64,000 bases of DNA from Candidatus Dormiibacterota bacterium (GTDB lineage: Bacteria > Chloroflexota > Dormibacteria > Aeolococcales > Aeolococcaceae), in the NCBI GenBank assembly GCA_036833315.1, contig DAITPY010000003.1, forward strand, positions 2,745 through 66,744. Direction: 5' to 3'. This document shows, piece by piece, positions 8,647 to 17,036 of this stretch. Below the pieces are notes generated by a model, which saw nothing but the letters and a program-made list of their open reading frames with translations, did no database searches and was not told the DNA's origin. The stretch's first letter is position 1; each line of letters begins with the position of its first letter. A program made the position numbers and the translations under genes.

Positions 8647-9016
8647 TTGTGGTAATCAGCCGACAGGTTTATCGTGGGGGGAAGCATCGATCCATCAGAC
8701 GGAGGTAGCCATTTCAATGATGCGTACCGTCTGGCAGCGTTTCCGGCGCGGCCGAGCGGAGGGTTGAGGCCCGGCTGACGGGCCCCCCAGCTGCACAACT
8801 GTGATGCCCCGTCGAGGTCGCTGGGCAATCGGTGACCCCCGGAAGTCCTGAAGTGGACGAGAGCGCACTGTGCAGGGTCGGGAGTTCGAGACCGGGCCTT
8901 TCCGAACCTGGCACCGGTTGCGGTGCCGCATAAACGCCCGGGAATTTCCTACCGGGCTGCCGTACTAGAAACGGTGTAATCACTGAGGGGCCGGCTCAGT
9001 CCGGCCCCTTTCTCTT
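8647..9016 (+). ncRNA. Candidate structured non-coding RNA of about 330 nt, family unassigned
   Basis: 418-nt gap with no credible ORF. Plus-strand promoter-like TTGTGG(8647-8652)-17 nt-TATCGT(8670-8675), a chain of GC helices, and an intrinsic terminator at 8987-9016. See finding. Confidence 0.3.
8987..9016 (+). terminator. Rho-independent terminator (plus-strand polarity)
   Basis: GGGGCCGG(8987-8994) CTCAGT CCGGCCCC(9001-9008) followed by TTTCTCTT(9009-9016). On the minus strand the same stem is not followed by a U-tract. The mpg stop codon lies in the loop. Confidence 0.6.
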
Positions 9017-9655
9017 GTCTCGCGACGGGGCATCGACGGCGGGTGCTCTGGGCAGCGGCGATGACACCGCAGGGTCTCCCTCCCATGTGAAGCGAAGCAA
9101 CCGATCGGCTGCGAGCCGGACGCCGACCCGAGTGCTGACCGCGATGGGAGGGCGCCCGGCGCCTGGTGCGATATGCAGTCGAGAGCGGGGGTCGAGCAGG
9201 TCGATGCCGTCGTCCGCGCGTGTGATCCCAAGGCCGCGACAGAGGTTGCCTGGACCACGAAGCATCGCAGCCGCCGCGACCCCGGCGCGTCTTGACACCA
9301 CCGTTGTGAAGCCCTCCTCCACCGATGCGGCGCGCAGCAGCACCGCGCCGGCGACGCCGTCGATATCGGTGACCACGTTGGCGCAGTGGTGCATCCCATA
9401 GGTGAAGTAGACGTAGAGATGCGCAGGCGGACCGAACATCACCGCGCATCGAGGCGTCGGCCCTCGGAACGCGTGGGAAGCCGGGTCTGCCAGTCCGAGG
9501 TACGCCTCGGTCTCGACGATGCGCGCGACCACAGCGTCGGGGCTCCCCGCGTCGACCATCAGCGTGCAGCCGACCAGGTCGCGAGCCACCTGCGCCGTCG
9601 GCCGTGCGAACCACTCGCGCGACAGCTCGGCTACTGGCGGATCTCTGCGTCGCAC
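8996..9655 (-). CDS. mpg: DNA-3-methyladenine glycosylase (Mpg/AAG family)
   Basis: IVETEAYLG...DPASHAFRG...YFTYGMHHCANVV motifs. GTG start at 9655 overlaps the pheT end, so the start is uncertain. Confidence 0.85.
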   Translation of the reverse strand: MRRRDPPVAELSREWFARPTAQVARDLVGCTLMVDAGSPDAVVARIVETEAYLGLADPASHAFRGPTPRCAVMFGPPAHLYVYFTYGMHHCANVVTDIDGVAGAVLLRAASVEEGFTTVVSRRAGVAAAAMLRGPGNLCRGLGITRADDGIDLLDPRSRLHIAPGAGRPPIAVSTRVGVRLAADRLLRFTWEGDPAVSSPLPRAPAVDAPSRDKRKGPD

Positions 9656-12120
9656 CGCGTCGTGAGCGCTTGGGCGATCCTCTGTTGCGCCTGTTGCGCC
9701 TCCTCCCCGGTCAGTGTGCGGTCCGCGGCGCGGAAGGTGAGCCGGAACGTCCAGCCCTTTCTGCCCGGCCCCAGACTGCCGCCGCGGTACTCGTCGTAGA
9801 GCTCGGCACTCTCGAGCAGCGGCTCGCGTGCCTCGCGTATCGCCTCCATGGCATCACCAGCACGTTGCTCGACCGCCACCGTGACGGCGAGATCCTGAAC
9901 GATCGACGGAAAGCGCGGCGGGGGCGCGTAGCGCAGGGGCCGCGGCGGCGAGGGAACCAGCCCGTCGACCCGCAGCTCACCCACGGCGACGCGTCCACGA
10001 AGCTCGAAGGCCGATGCGGTCTCGAAAGCAAGCTCCCCGATCACGCCCACGCGAGCCCCGGCGATGCTGAGGGTCGCGCCCCTGCCGGGATGGAGTCCGG
10101 GTTCAACGGAGGGATCGACCCGCGCGGGCTCACCGGCGAGGTCGGCGACGATCCAGCCGAAGACCGCCTGCACATGCCGGAGGGCATCGGCGGCGGCGTC
10201 GGGCGCTCCGCTCGACACGTGGATCGCCAGGCTGATCAGCAGCGGCTCGAGTGGCAGCGGGGGCAACGCACGGTCGGAACCATCAGGCGTCGAACCTGCG
10301 GGCAGCCCGATGCGCTCGCCTTCCCAGAAGGCCCTGCCGAGCTCGAAGAGCATGACGTCGGCATTGCCATGATTGGCGTTTGCGGCCAGCGTTGCGCAGA
10401 GCCGGGGCAGTTGAGAGGTGCGCATCACGCTCCACTCGTCACTGAGCGGATTGCGCAGCGGGATCGGGGTGCGCCCGCGACCCAGGCCGGGAAGGACGTC
10501 GGCGTCGAGCCGGCCCACGAAGGAAAACGTGATCGCCTCGTCGAAGCCTGCACCGACGCACACGTCGCGAATCCTGTCTTCCACGGGCGGCTGCGGCGCG
10601 GTCGTGGTGACCTCGGTGCGGCGACCGGGGAGGGTGCTCGGCACCCTCGAGTAGCCGATCATCCGGCCGACCTCCTCGACCAGGTCGTGCTCGATGGCGA
10701 CGTCGCGCCGGAAGTACGGGGGCACAACGGTGAGCGTCGCTCCGTCCTGCTCGACCGCGAAGCCGAGCTGGGCGAGGATCGTGGCCATCTCGGTGGCGTC
10801 AATCGGGATGCCGAGCAGGCCCGCGGCGAAGGACGCTGTGAGCTCGATGGGACCCAGCTCGGGGAGCGGGCGCGGCCACTCGTCGATCACCCCGCGCAGG
10901 ACGTGTCCCCCGGAGAATTCGGCGATCAGCGCCGCAGTTCGCTCGAGCGCGACCGGCGGCAGCAGGTCACTCAGTCCCTTCTCGAAGAGGGTCGACGCGT
11001 CGGTGCGGACCCCGAGCCGTTTTGATGTCGCCCGGACCGTCGGGCCGTCCCAATTCGCCGCCTCGAGCAGCACCGTCCGAGTGGCGTCGGTGACCGCCGT
11101 GGAGCTCCCCCCGATGACCCCGGCGATGCTCACCGGTGTCGTCCCGGCACAGACGACGAGGTCTTCGGCACCGAGGGCGCGGTCGGTGCCGAGGAGATCG
11201 ACGACCCGCTCGCCTTCGGTGGCCCGCCGGACCCCCACATCCGCGACCTTCGTGCCCCCGATCTCCACGAACCGATCGAGATCGAAGGCGTGCAGCGGCT
11301 GCCCGAGCTCGTGGGTGACGAAGTTGGTCGCGTCGACGACGTTGTTGATCGGCCGGAGCCCGACGGCACGAAGGCGCTGTCGCAGCCACGGCGGCGATGG
11401 ACCGACGACGACACCCTCGATCACCCGAGCCGCAAAGCGCGGGCAGCCCTGTGGATCGTCGATCCGCACGGTGGCGCGCAGCTCGACGCCCGTCGCCGAC
11501 AGTAGTTCCTCCGGCACCAGCGCGGGTGGCTCGGTGAGCGCTTCACCGAGTGCGGCCGCAAGCTCGCGCGCGATGCCGACGTGGCACAGGCAATCCGGCC
11601 GGTTGGTGGTGACCTCGAGATCAAGGATGGTGTCGAGCACCAGCACCTCGCCGAGGGCCTGTCCGGGGGTCCCCTCGTCGAGAATCAGAATGCCGTCGGC
11701 ATCCTCCCCCACGCCGAGTTCGATCGCCGAGCAGAGCATGCCCGGGGACTTGTGGCCCCGGATCGTCTTGACCCCCAGGGGCTCGTCCATCGCGGGCGGC
11801 CGGGAGCCGGGAGGCGCATAGGGAACCAGGTCTCCGACCTTGAGGTTGGGTGCCCCGGTCAGCACCCGGACCGTGCCGGGGACCACGCTGAACGAAGCGA
11901 GCGCCGCGGGTACCGCGCCGCCAAGATCGATGTCGGCGAACTGCAGGTGCGCCGATCCTGGGACGGGGGCAAGCGCCGCGACGCGTGCGACCACGAGGCC
12001 ATCGCCGCCGATCTCGACGGCGCCGACCTCGGTCCCGGTGTCGACAAGCGCTTTCGCGATGGTCGCGACCGGCGCGTCGAGGGTCGCGTAGTCGCGCAGC
12101 CAGCGAAGCGAGGCCTTCAC
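9631..12120 (-). CDS. pheT: Phenylalanine--tRNA ligase beta subunit
   Basis: Track ORF 9631-12447 trimmed to GTG 12120 ([11 protein letters not shown]...), giving a GTGA overlap with the pheS stop. B3/4, B5 and FDX-ACB-like C-terminus. Confidence 0.9.
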   Translation of the reverse strand: MKASLRWLRDYATLDAPVATIAKALVDTGTEVGAVEIGGDGLVVARVAALAPVPGSAHLQFADIDLGGAVPAALASFSVVPGTVRVLTGAPNLKVGDLVPYAPPGSRPPAMDEPLGVKTIRGHKSPGMLCSAIELGVGEDADGILILDEGTPGQALGEVLVLDTILDLEVTTNRPDCLCHVGIARELAAALGEALTEPPALVPEELLSATGVELRATVRIDDPQGCPRFAARVIEGVVVGPSPPWLRQRLRAVGLRPINNVVDATNFVTHELGQPLHAFDLDRFVEIGGTKVADVGVRRATEGERVVDLLGTDRALGAEDLVVCAGTTPVSIAGVIGGSSTAVTDATRTVLLEAANWDGPTVRATSKRLGVRTDASTLFEKGLSDLLPPVALERTAALIAEFSGGHVLRGVIDEWPRPLPELGPIELTASFAAGLLGIPIDATEMATILAQLGFAVEQDGATLTVVPPYFRRDVAIEHDLVEEVGRMIGYSRVPSTLPGRRTEVTTTAPQPPVEDRIRDVCVGAGFDEAITFSFVGRLDADVLPGLGRGRTPIPLRNPLSDEWSVMRTSQLPRLCATLAANANHGNADVMLFELGRAFWEGERIGLPAGSTPDGSDRALPPLPLEPLLISLAIHVSSGAPDAAADALRHVQAVFGWIVADLAGEPARVDPSVEPGLHPGRGATLSIAGARVGVIGELAFETASAFELRGRVAVGELRVDGLVPSPPRPLRYAPPPRFPSIVQDLAVTVAVEQRAGDAMEAIREAREPLLESAELYDEYRGGSLGPGRKGWTFRLTFRAADRTLTGEEAQQAQQRIAQALTTRCDAEIRQ

Positions 12121-13181
12121 GAGGTGTTGACGGCTTCCACGTGTCCGGCAGCGCCCGCCGGCACGGGGCGCAGGAATCGGACGTCGTTGTCGTAGAGGAG
12201 GCGCATGTCGGGAATGCCCCAGGCGAGCATCGCAGCGCGTTCGATGCCCATGCCGAACGCAAAGCCGGAGTACCGGTCCGGGTCGATGCCGCCGTTGCGA
12301 AGCACCTGTGGGTGCACCATGCCGCTGCCCAGCAACTCGAGCCAGCCGCTGTGGCCGCAGAGGCCGCAGCCCGATCCGCCGCAGACCACGCAGGCCAGCT
12401 CCAGCTCGAGGGATGGCTCGGTGAACGGGAAGTGATGGGGTCGCCACTGCAGGGTGGACCCGGGACCGAAGAACGAGCGTGCGAAGTACTCGAGCGTCCC
12501 CTTGAGGTCACTCACGGCGATCCCCTCGTCGATGCAGAGCCCCTCGACCTGGTGGAACATCGGCAGGTGGGTTGCGTCGTGGTCGCGCCGGAACGTCTTG
12601 CCGGGAACGATCACCCGTTGCGGAGCGCCGCGGATGAGCATGCTGCGGATCTGCACCGGAGAGGTATGGGTGCGGAGCAGTCGCGAGTCATCGATGTAGA
12701 AGGTGTCCTGCGAGTCGCGTGCCGGGTGCCCGGGAGGCTGGTTGACCAGCGTGAAGTTGTAGCGGTCGTATTCCACCTCGGGCCCTTCGACGGCGGCGTA
12801 TCCCAGCTGCGCGAAGATGCGGCGGATCTCGATCGCCGCCAGGGTCACCGGGTTGAGCCGGCCCCGCCGGAGCGGCGGCGCCGGCCTGGTCAGATCCAGG
12901 GCTTCGGTCTCGAGGCCGCGTGCCCGTGCGGCGCGCTCGATGTCGCGCTGGCGCTCGCCGGCTGCGCCGGTCACGCGCTCGACGAGCTCGTTGACCATCT
13001 GACCCATCTGGCGACGCCCGTCCGCGTCGGCGATCTTCCCGAGACCGCGCCGGAATGCGGTCAGCTCGCCATCGCCGCGACCGAGGTATCTGATCCGGAC
13101 CGCGTCGAGAGCGCTGAGATCCTGCGCAGCGGCGACTGCCTCGAGTGCCTCCGCCGCAACGCTGTGCAGGTCGGCGGTCAC
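12117..13181 (-). CDS. pheS: Phenylalanine--tRNA ligase alpha subunit
   Basis: [20 protein letters not shown] class II motif; GTG start overlapping the rplT stop. Confidence 0.95.
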   Translation of the reverse strand: MTADLHSVAAEALEAVAAAQDLSALDAVRIRYLGRGDGELTAFRRGLGKIADADGRRQMGQMVNELVERVTGAAGERQRDIERAARARGLETEALDLTRPAPPLRRGRLNPVTLAAIEIRRIFAQLGYAAVEGPEVEYDRYNFTLVNQPPGHPARDSQDTFYIDDSRLLRTHTSPVQIRSMLIRGAPQRVIVPGKTFRRDHDATHLPMFHQVEGLCIDEGIAVSDLKGTLEYFARSFFGPGSTLQWRPHHFPFTEPSLELELACVVCGGSGCGLCGHSGWLELLGSGMVHPQVLRNGGIDPDRYSGFAFGMGIERAAMLAWGIPDMRLLYDNDVRFLRPVPAGAAGHVEAVNTS

Positions 13182-13540
13182 GCCTTGGTGAGAGCGCCCC
13201 GCGCGACTTCGACGAGCTGCTGGAACGAGCCCGAGTCCCTGACCGCGATGTCGGCGAGCATCTTGCGATTCACCTCGACACCGGCTTCCTTGAGGCCGTG
13301 CATGAACTGGTTGTAGGCCAATCCGTTCTGCCGTGCCGCAGCGTTGATGCGTGCGATCCAGAGGCCGCGCATGTCGCCTTTGCGCTGCTTGCGGTCGCGA
13401 TACGCGTACGCAAGCGAGTGCATGACCGCCTCGTTGGCGTTCTTGTAGAGCCGATGACGAGCACCCTGCATCCCCTCGGCAAGCTCGAGAATCTTGCGGT
13501 GGCGAGCCTTGGCCGTCACCCCACGCTTCACTCTGGCCAT
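13178..13540 (-). CDS. rplT: 50S ribosomal protein L20
   Basis: [23 protein letters not shown]..., 120 aa. Confidence 0.95.
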   Translation of the reverse strand: MARVKRGVTAKARHRKILELAEGMQGARHRLYKNANEAVMHSLAYAYRDRKQRKGDMRGLWIARINAAARQNGLAYNQFMHGLKEAGVEVNRKMLADIAVRDSGSFQQLVEVARGALTKA

Positions 13541-13549
13541 GTCGCTCTC

Positions 13550-13747
13550 CTACAGATAGGGTGCGAGCCGGATGACCTTGCGGCGATCCGACGGCGACAC
13601 CTCGTGTTGCATCCGATATTGCCGCTTGCGCTTGGCGCTCTTGTGCTCGAGCAGGTGCGAGCGAAACGCCTTGCGCCGCATCACCTTTCCCGTCGAGGTG
13701 ACGCGGAGCCGCTTGGCGGTTCCCTTATGGGTTCGTATCTTCGGCAT
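13550..13747 (-). CDS. rpmI: 50S ribosomal protein L35
   Basis: MPKIRTHKGTAKRLRVTSTGKV..., 65 aa. Confidence 0.95.
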   Translation of the reverse strand: MPKIRTHKGTAKRLRVTSTGKVMRRKAFRSHLLEHKSAKRKRQYRMQHEVSPSDRRKVIRLAPYL

Positions 13748-14378
13748 GGTCGTCGTTGCTCCCTGATTCGGCGCCGGGCTCCTCCCCGGGAACGGTGACG
13801 GTCACCTCCACTTCCTGGGCCGGACGCCGGTCGTTGCTGTGCTGGTCTCCCTTGGCGTGTTTCTTGTTGAGCGGGCTCATGATCATGATCATGTTGCGGC
13901 CCTCGACGAGGGGGTTCCGCTCGATGATCGCGACCTCTTTGAGTTCTTCTGCCATGCGATCCAGCAGCTTGCGCCCGTACTCCTGATGCACCATCTCACG
14001 CCCGCGAAACATGATCGTGAGCTTGACCTTGTCGCCGTCTGCGAGGAAGTGACGGACCGACCCGAATTTGGTCTGGAAGTCGTGCTCTGAGATCTTCGGA
14101 CGGAGCTTCATCTCCTTGACGTTGATGGTGTTGTGCTCTTTGCGGCTCTCCTTCTCCTTCTTCAGGGCTTCGAACTTGAAGCGCCCATAGTCCATGAGAC
14201 GGCAGACCGGTGGTTGGGCTTGAGGAGCCACTTCGACCAGGTCCAGCTCCCGCTGGGCGGCGAGCTCTCGCGCCTTCTCGATGGGGACGATCCCCAGCTG
14301 CTCGCCGGTGGTGTCATCGAACAGACGGACGGTAGGGATGCGGATCTGGTCGTTGACCCTCAACTCTCGGAATGCGAT
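13725..14378 (-). CDS. infC: Translation initiation factor IF-3 (probable AUC start)
   Basis: RVNDQIRIPTVRLFDD... IF-3. The track start is TTG 14363, 23 nt from the SD. The in-frame ATC at 14378-14376 lies 8 nt after the AAGGAGG SD (14393-14387) and adds IAFRE. An acidic C-terminal extension overlaps the rpmI start by 23 nt. Confidence 0.85.
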   Translation of the reverse strand: MAFRELRVNDQIRIPTVRLFDDTTGEQLGIVPIEKARELAAQRELDLVEVAPQAQPPVCRLMDYGRFKFEALKKEKESRKEHNTINVKEMKLRPKISEHDFQTKFGSVRHFLADGDKVKLTIMFRGREMVHQEYGRKLLDRMAEELKEVAIIERNPLVEGRNMIMIMSPLNKKHAKGDQHSNDRRPAQEVEVTVTVPGEEPGAESGSNDDHAEDTNP

Positions 14379-14399
14379 CGGCGCGGCCTCCTTGTGGAT

Positions 14400-14427
14400 A
14401 AAAAAATGGACAGCGGTTCCGCTATCC
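14400..14427 (-). terminator. Intrinsic terminator/attenuator in the infC leader
   Basis: Minus-strand RNA GGAUAGCG-GAAC-CGCUGUCC (14427-14408; 8 bp including one G-U), then A and a U7 run (14406-14400). It ends 6 nt before the infC SD. An A7/T7 run is conspicuous in this GC-rich DNA. Confidence 0.6.
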
Positions 14428-14563
14428 AGGGGTCGGGTGCTGGACCTTCAAGGCAAGCCCGGAAGGTGAGGGCCGTACCTGACGGTCCTGCTTTGCGGCG
14501 CCCACCATGGACGTCGGCCGCTGAATATAACACGCGCGAGCGAGCGCCAAACGCAGCCTGATC

Positions 14564-15112
14564 TCACGGTGACCTGCGAGCGTGCAGCAGCGCCTCGACG
14601 GCGCCGCGTCCGCCGAGCACAGGCGAGGGCATGCTCCCGACCACCCGCCAGCCCGCTTCCTCGATGCCGGTCGCAGCGCGCTCGATCGCCGCTTCCACGG
14701 TCTTCTGATCGGTCGGCGCCGTGGGCAGGCGTAACTCGAACATCGGCTTGACCAGGCCCACAAGATCAGCGTCAGCCGCAAGCACGATCCCGCCGAGCTG
14801 TGCCGCAGCAGCGGCGAGCGCAAGATACGAGACGTCGATGGTCACGACGTCGATCGGATCCGGAACCAGGCGCATGTCGAGCTTGGAGACATTCGTCGCC
14901 TCGAGGTTGAGCACACGGGGGTCCTGACGCAGCGACCCCAGGAGCTGCCCGAAGCCCGCGTCGACCGCGTATACGCGCGCGGCACCACTCTCCAGGAGGA
15001 CGCGGGTGAAACCGCCGGCGGCGGCACCGACGTCGAGGCATGTACGGCCGCGCACATCGACACCGAACACGGCGAGCGCGGCCCGTAACTTGGCCTCGCC
15101 ACGCAGTGGCAC
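14564..15112 (-). CDS. TlyA-like SAM-dependent rRNA 2'-O-methyltransferase lacking the S4 domain
   Basis: Track ORF 14564-15793 overlaps thrS. Trimmed to GTG 15112 (VPLRGEAKLRAAL...). FtsJ-type SAM motif CLDVGAAAGGFTRVLLESGAARVYAVDAGFGQL, closely parallel to the full-length tlyA at 37040-37840. Confidence 0.7.
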   Translation of the reverse strand: MPLRGEAKLRAALAVFGVDVRGRTCLDVGAAAGGFTRVLLESGAARVYAVDAGFGQLLGSLRQDPRVLNLEATNVSKLDMRLVPDPIDVVTIDVSYLALAAAAAQLGGIVLAADADLVGLVKPMFELRLPTAPTDQKTVEAAIERAATGIEEAGWRVVGSMPSPVLGGRGAVEALLHARRSP

Positions 15113-15156
15113 CCGAGTCGGGGTAGGGTCCGGTGCCGTGTGGCGACGGCCGCGCT

Positions 15157-16977
15157 TTACTCGGGCCGCCGCTCGCTCACCTCGGCGATCAGGCGATCGA
15201 TGAGCGCGCCGGTCGCCACGTCGTCCTGTGCATTGCGACGGACGTCTCGGACGCGAACCACGCCGTCGCCGCGCTCGACGTCTCGCTTGCCGATGACCAC
15301 GACATACGGGATCCGTTGCAGCTCCGCGTCGCGGACCCGTGCCTGCATGCGCTCTCCATGGCGGTCGTCGACAGACACGCGCAATCCTCGTGCTTCCATG
15401 TCCGCGGCCAGGTTGCGCAGGTACGCCATCACCTCGACACTGTCGTCCTGCACCGGGAGGAGCGCGCACTGCACGGGGGCAAGCCAGAGCGGAAAGTGCC
15501 CCGCGTAGTGTTCGAGCAGGATGCCGAAGAAGCGTTCGATGGAGCCGAAGAGCGCGCGGTGAATCATGATCGGGCGCTGCTCGGCGCCGGTGTCGTCCAC
15601 GAAGTGGAGATCGAAGCGCTGCGGGAACTGAAAGTCGACCTGGATCGTGGACATCTGCCAGGTGCGGCCGATGGCGTCGCGCGCCTGGACCGAGATCTTC
15701 GGACCGTAGAAGGCTCCGCCGCCCTCGTCGAGGACGAGTTCGAGGTTGCGTCCATCTGCAGCGAGGCGCAGCGCGCGGGTGGCTTCGTCCCACTCCTCCA
15801 CCGTGCCGACAGCCTTGCCCTCGGGGCGCGTCGAAAGCTCGAGGTAGAAGTCGGTGAGACCGAAGTCTCTCAACATGCCGAGCGTGAAGTCGAGCAGGGA
15901 GACGAGCTCATCCATCATCTGCTCGCGCGAGCAGAAGATGTGCGCGTCGTCCATGGTCAGCCCGCGCACGCGGGTCAGTCCGTGCACCACTCCCGACTTC
16001 TCGTATCGATACACGGTGCCGAACTCAAAGAGCCGCAGCGGCAGCTCCCGGTAGGAGCGCATCCTGCTTCGATAGATGAGGATGTGCATGGGGCAGTTCA
16101 TCGGCTTGAGGTAGTACTTGGTTCCCTCGTCGAGCTCCATGGGAGGGAACATCGCCTCGGCAAACCACTCGAGATGCCCCGATACCTTGAAGAGGTCCTC
16201 CTTGGTGATGTGGGGGGTGTTCACGAAGGAGTAGCCGGCCTCCAGATGGCGCTTGCGCGAGTAGTCCTCCATGAGCGAGCGCACCAGGCCGCCCTTGGGA
16301 TGGAACACCGGGAGTCCCGAGCCAATCTCGTCCGGGAATGAGAAGAGATCAAGCTCAGCGCCGAGATGGCGGTGGTCGCGCTTGCGCGCCTCCTCGAGCC
16401 GCAGCATGTAGGCGTCGAGGTCATCCTGTGAGAACCACGCGGTGCCGTACACGCGCTGCAGCTGCTCATTGCGCGCATCGCCGCGCCAGTACACGCCGGC
16501 AATGCGCAGCACCCGGACCGCGCGCAACCATCCCGTGTCCGGCACGTGGGGGCCGCGGCAGAGGTCGACGAAGGCACCGGTCCTGTAGATGCTGACAGTG
16601 CTCACGTCGGCAGGCAGCCGGCTGATGATGTCGACCTTGAAGTCCTGATGCAGCTCGGCGAACATCGCCACCGCCTGGTCGCGTGGCATGGCCTCGGCCT
16701 CGAACGGAATCTTTTGCTCGGCCAGCTCCGCCATGCGGCGCTCGATGCGCTGGAGATCGTCGTCGACGAAGTGCCGGCCGTCCGGGAGACGGAAGTTGTA
16801 AAAGAATCCGTCCTCAATCGCGGGACCGACATCGTACTGGGCTCCCGGGAACAGCTCGACCACCGCCGCCGCCATCAGGTGCGCGGCGCTGTGACGAAGG
16901 ATCTCCAGGGTCGGCTCGGCGGGGGCTGGGAGTGGAGCGCCGGCTTCAGCGGCGTCATCGACGATCTCATCTGGCAT
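15157..16977 (-). CDS. thrS: Threonine--tRNA ligase (no N-terminal TGS domain)
   Basis: 606 aa. Editing-domain motif LRHSAAHLMAAAV about 27 residues from the start; class II core LTRVRGLTMDDAHIF. Confidence 0.95.
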   Translation of the reverse strand: MPDEIVDDAAEAGAPLPAPAEPTLEILRHSAAHLMAAAVVELFPGAQYDVGPAIEDGFFYNFRLPDGRHFVDDDLQRIERRMAELAEQKIPFEAEAMPRDQAVAMFAELHQDFKVDIISRLPADVSTVSIYRTGAFVDLCRGPHVPDTGWLRAVRVLRIAGVYWRGDARNEQLQRVYGTAWFSQDDLDAYMLRLEEARKRDHRHLGAELDLFSFPDEIGSGLPVFHPKGGLVRSLMEDYSRKRHLEAGYSFVNTPHITKEDLFKVSGHLEWFAEAMFPPMELDEGTKYYLKPMNCPMHILIYRSRMRSYRELPLRLFEFGTVYRYEKSGVVHGLTRVRGLTMDDAHIFCSREQMMDELVSLLDFTLGMLRDFGLTDFYLELSTRPEGKAVGTVEEWDEATRALRLAADGRNLELVLDEGGGAFYGPKISVQARDAIGRTWQMSTIQVDFQFPQRFDLHFVDDTGAEQRPIMIHRALFGSIERFFGILLEHYAGHFPLWLAPVQCALLPVQDDSVEVMAYLRNLAADMEARGLRVSVDDRHGERMQARVRDAELQRIPYVVVIGKRDVERGDGVVRVRDVRRNAQDDVATGALIDRLIAEVSERRPE

Positions 16978-17036
16978 GAGATGCCGATTCTACGCAGTCG
17001 ACCTGGGACGCCTCGCTTCGGCGAGGTACGAGCGCC

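Noticed and set aside
8716-8766. Mini-ORF MMRTVWQRFRRGRAEG downstream of a GGAGG (8701-8705) inside the spacer.
   Set aside because: The SD-start spacing is 11-14 nt, the peptide is an Arg-rich low-complexity sequence, and it is the tail of an obviously spurious 63-aa track ORF.
8882-8898. B12-box-like string GAGTTCGAGACCGGGCC (compare AGYCMGGAGACCKGCC) within the spacer.
   Set aside because: The other cobalamin-riboswitch core elements (GGGAA...GGUG...GCCACUG) are missing, and no plus-strand gene follows that could be regulated.
8640-9016. Tried to identify the mpg-yebC spacer as RNase P RNA, tmRNA, SRP RNA or 6S RNA.
   Set aside because: The invariant RNase P CR-I/CR-V strings (GGAAAGUCCGG, ACAGAAnCCGGCUUA) are absent; only loose look-alikes occur on the minus strand. 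There is no tRNA-like 3' end, CCA or tag ORF for tmRNA. There is no SRP helix-8 GGAA/AGCA motif. 6S cannot be judged by eye. The locus is left unassigned.
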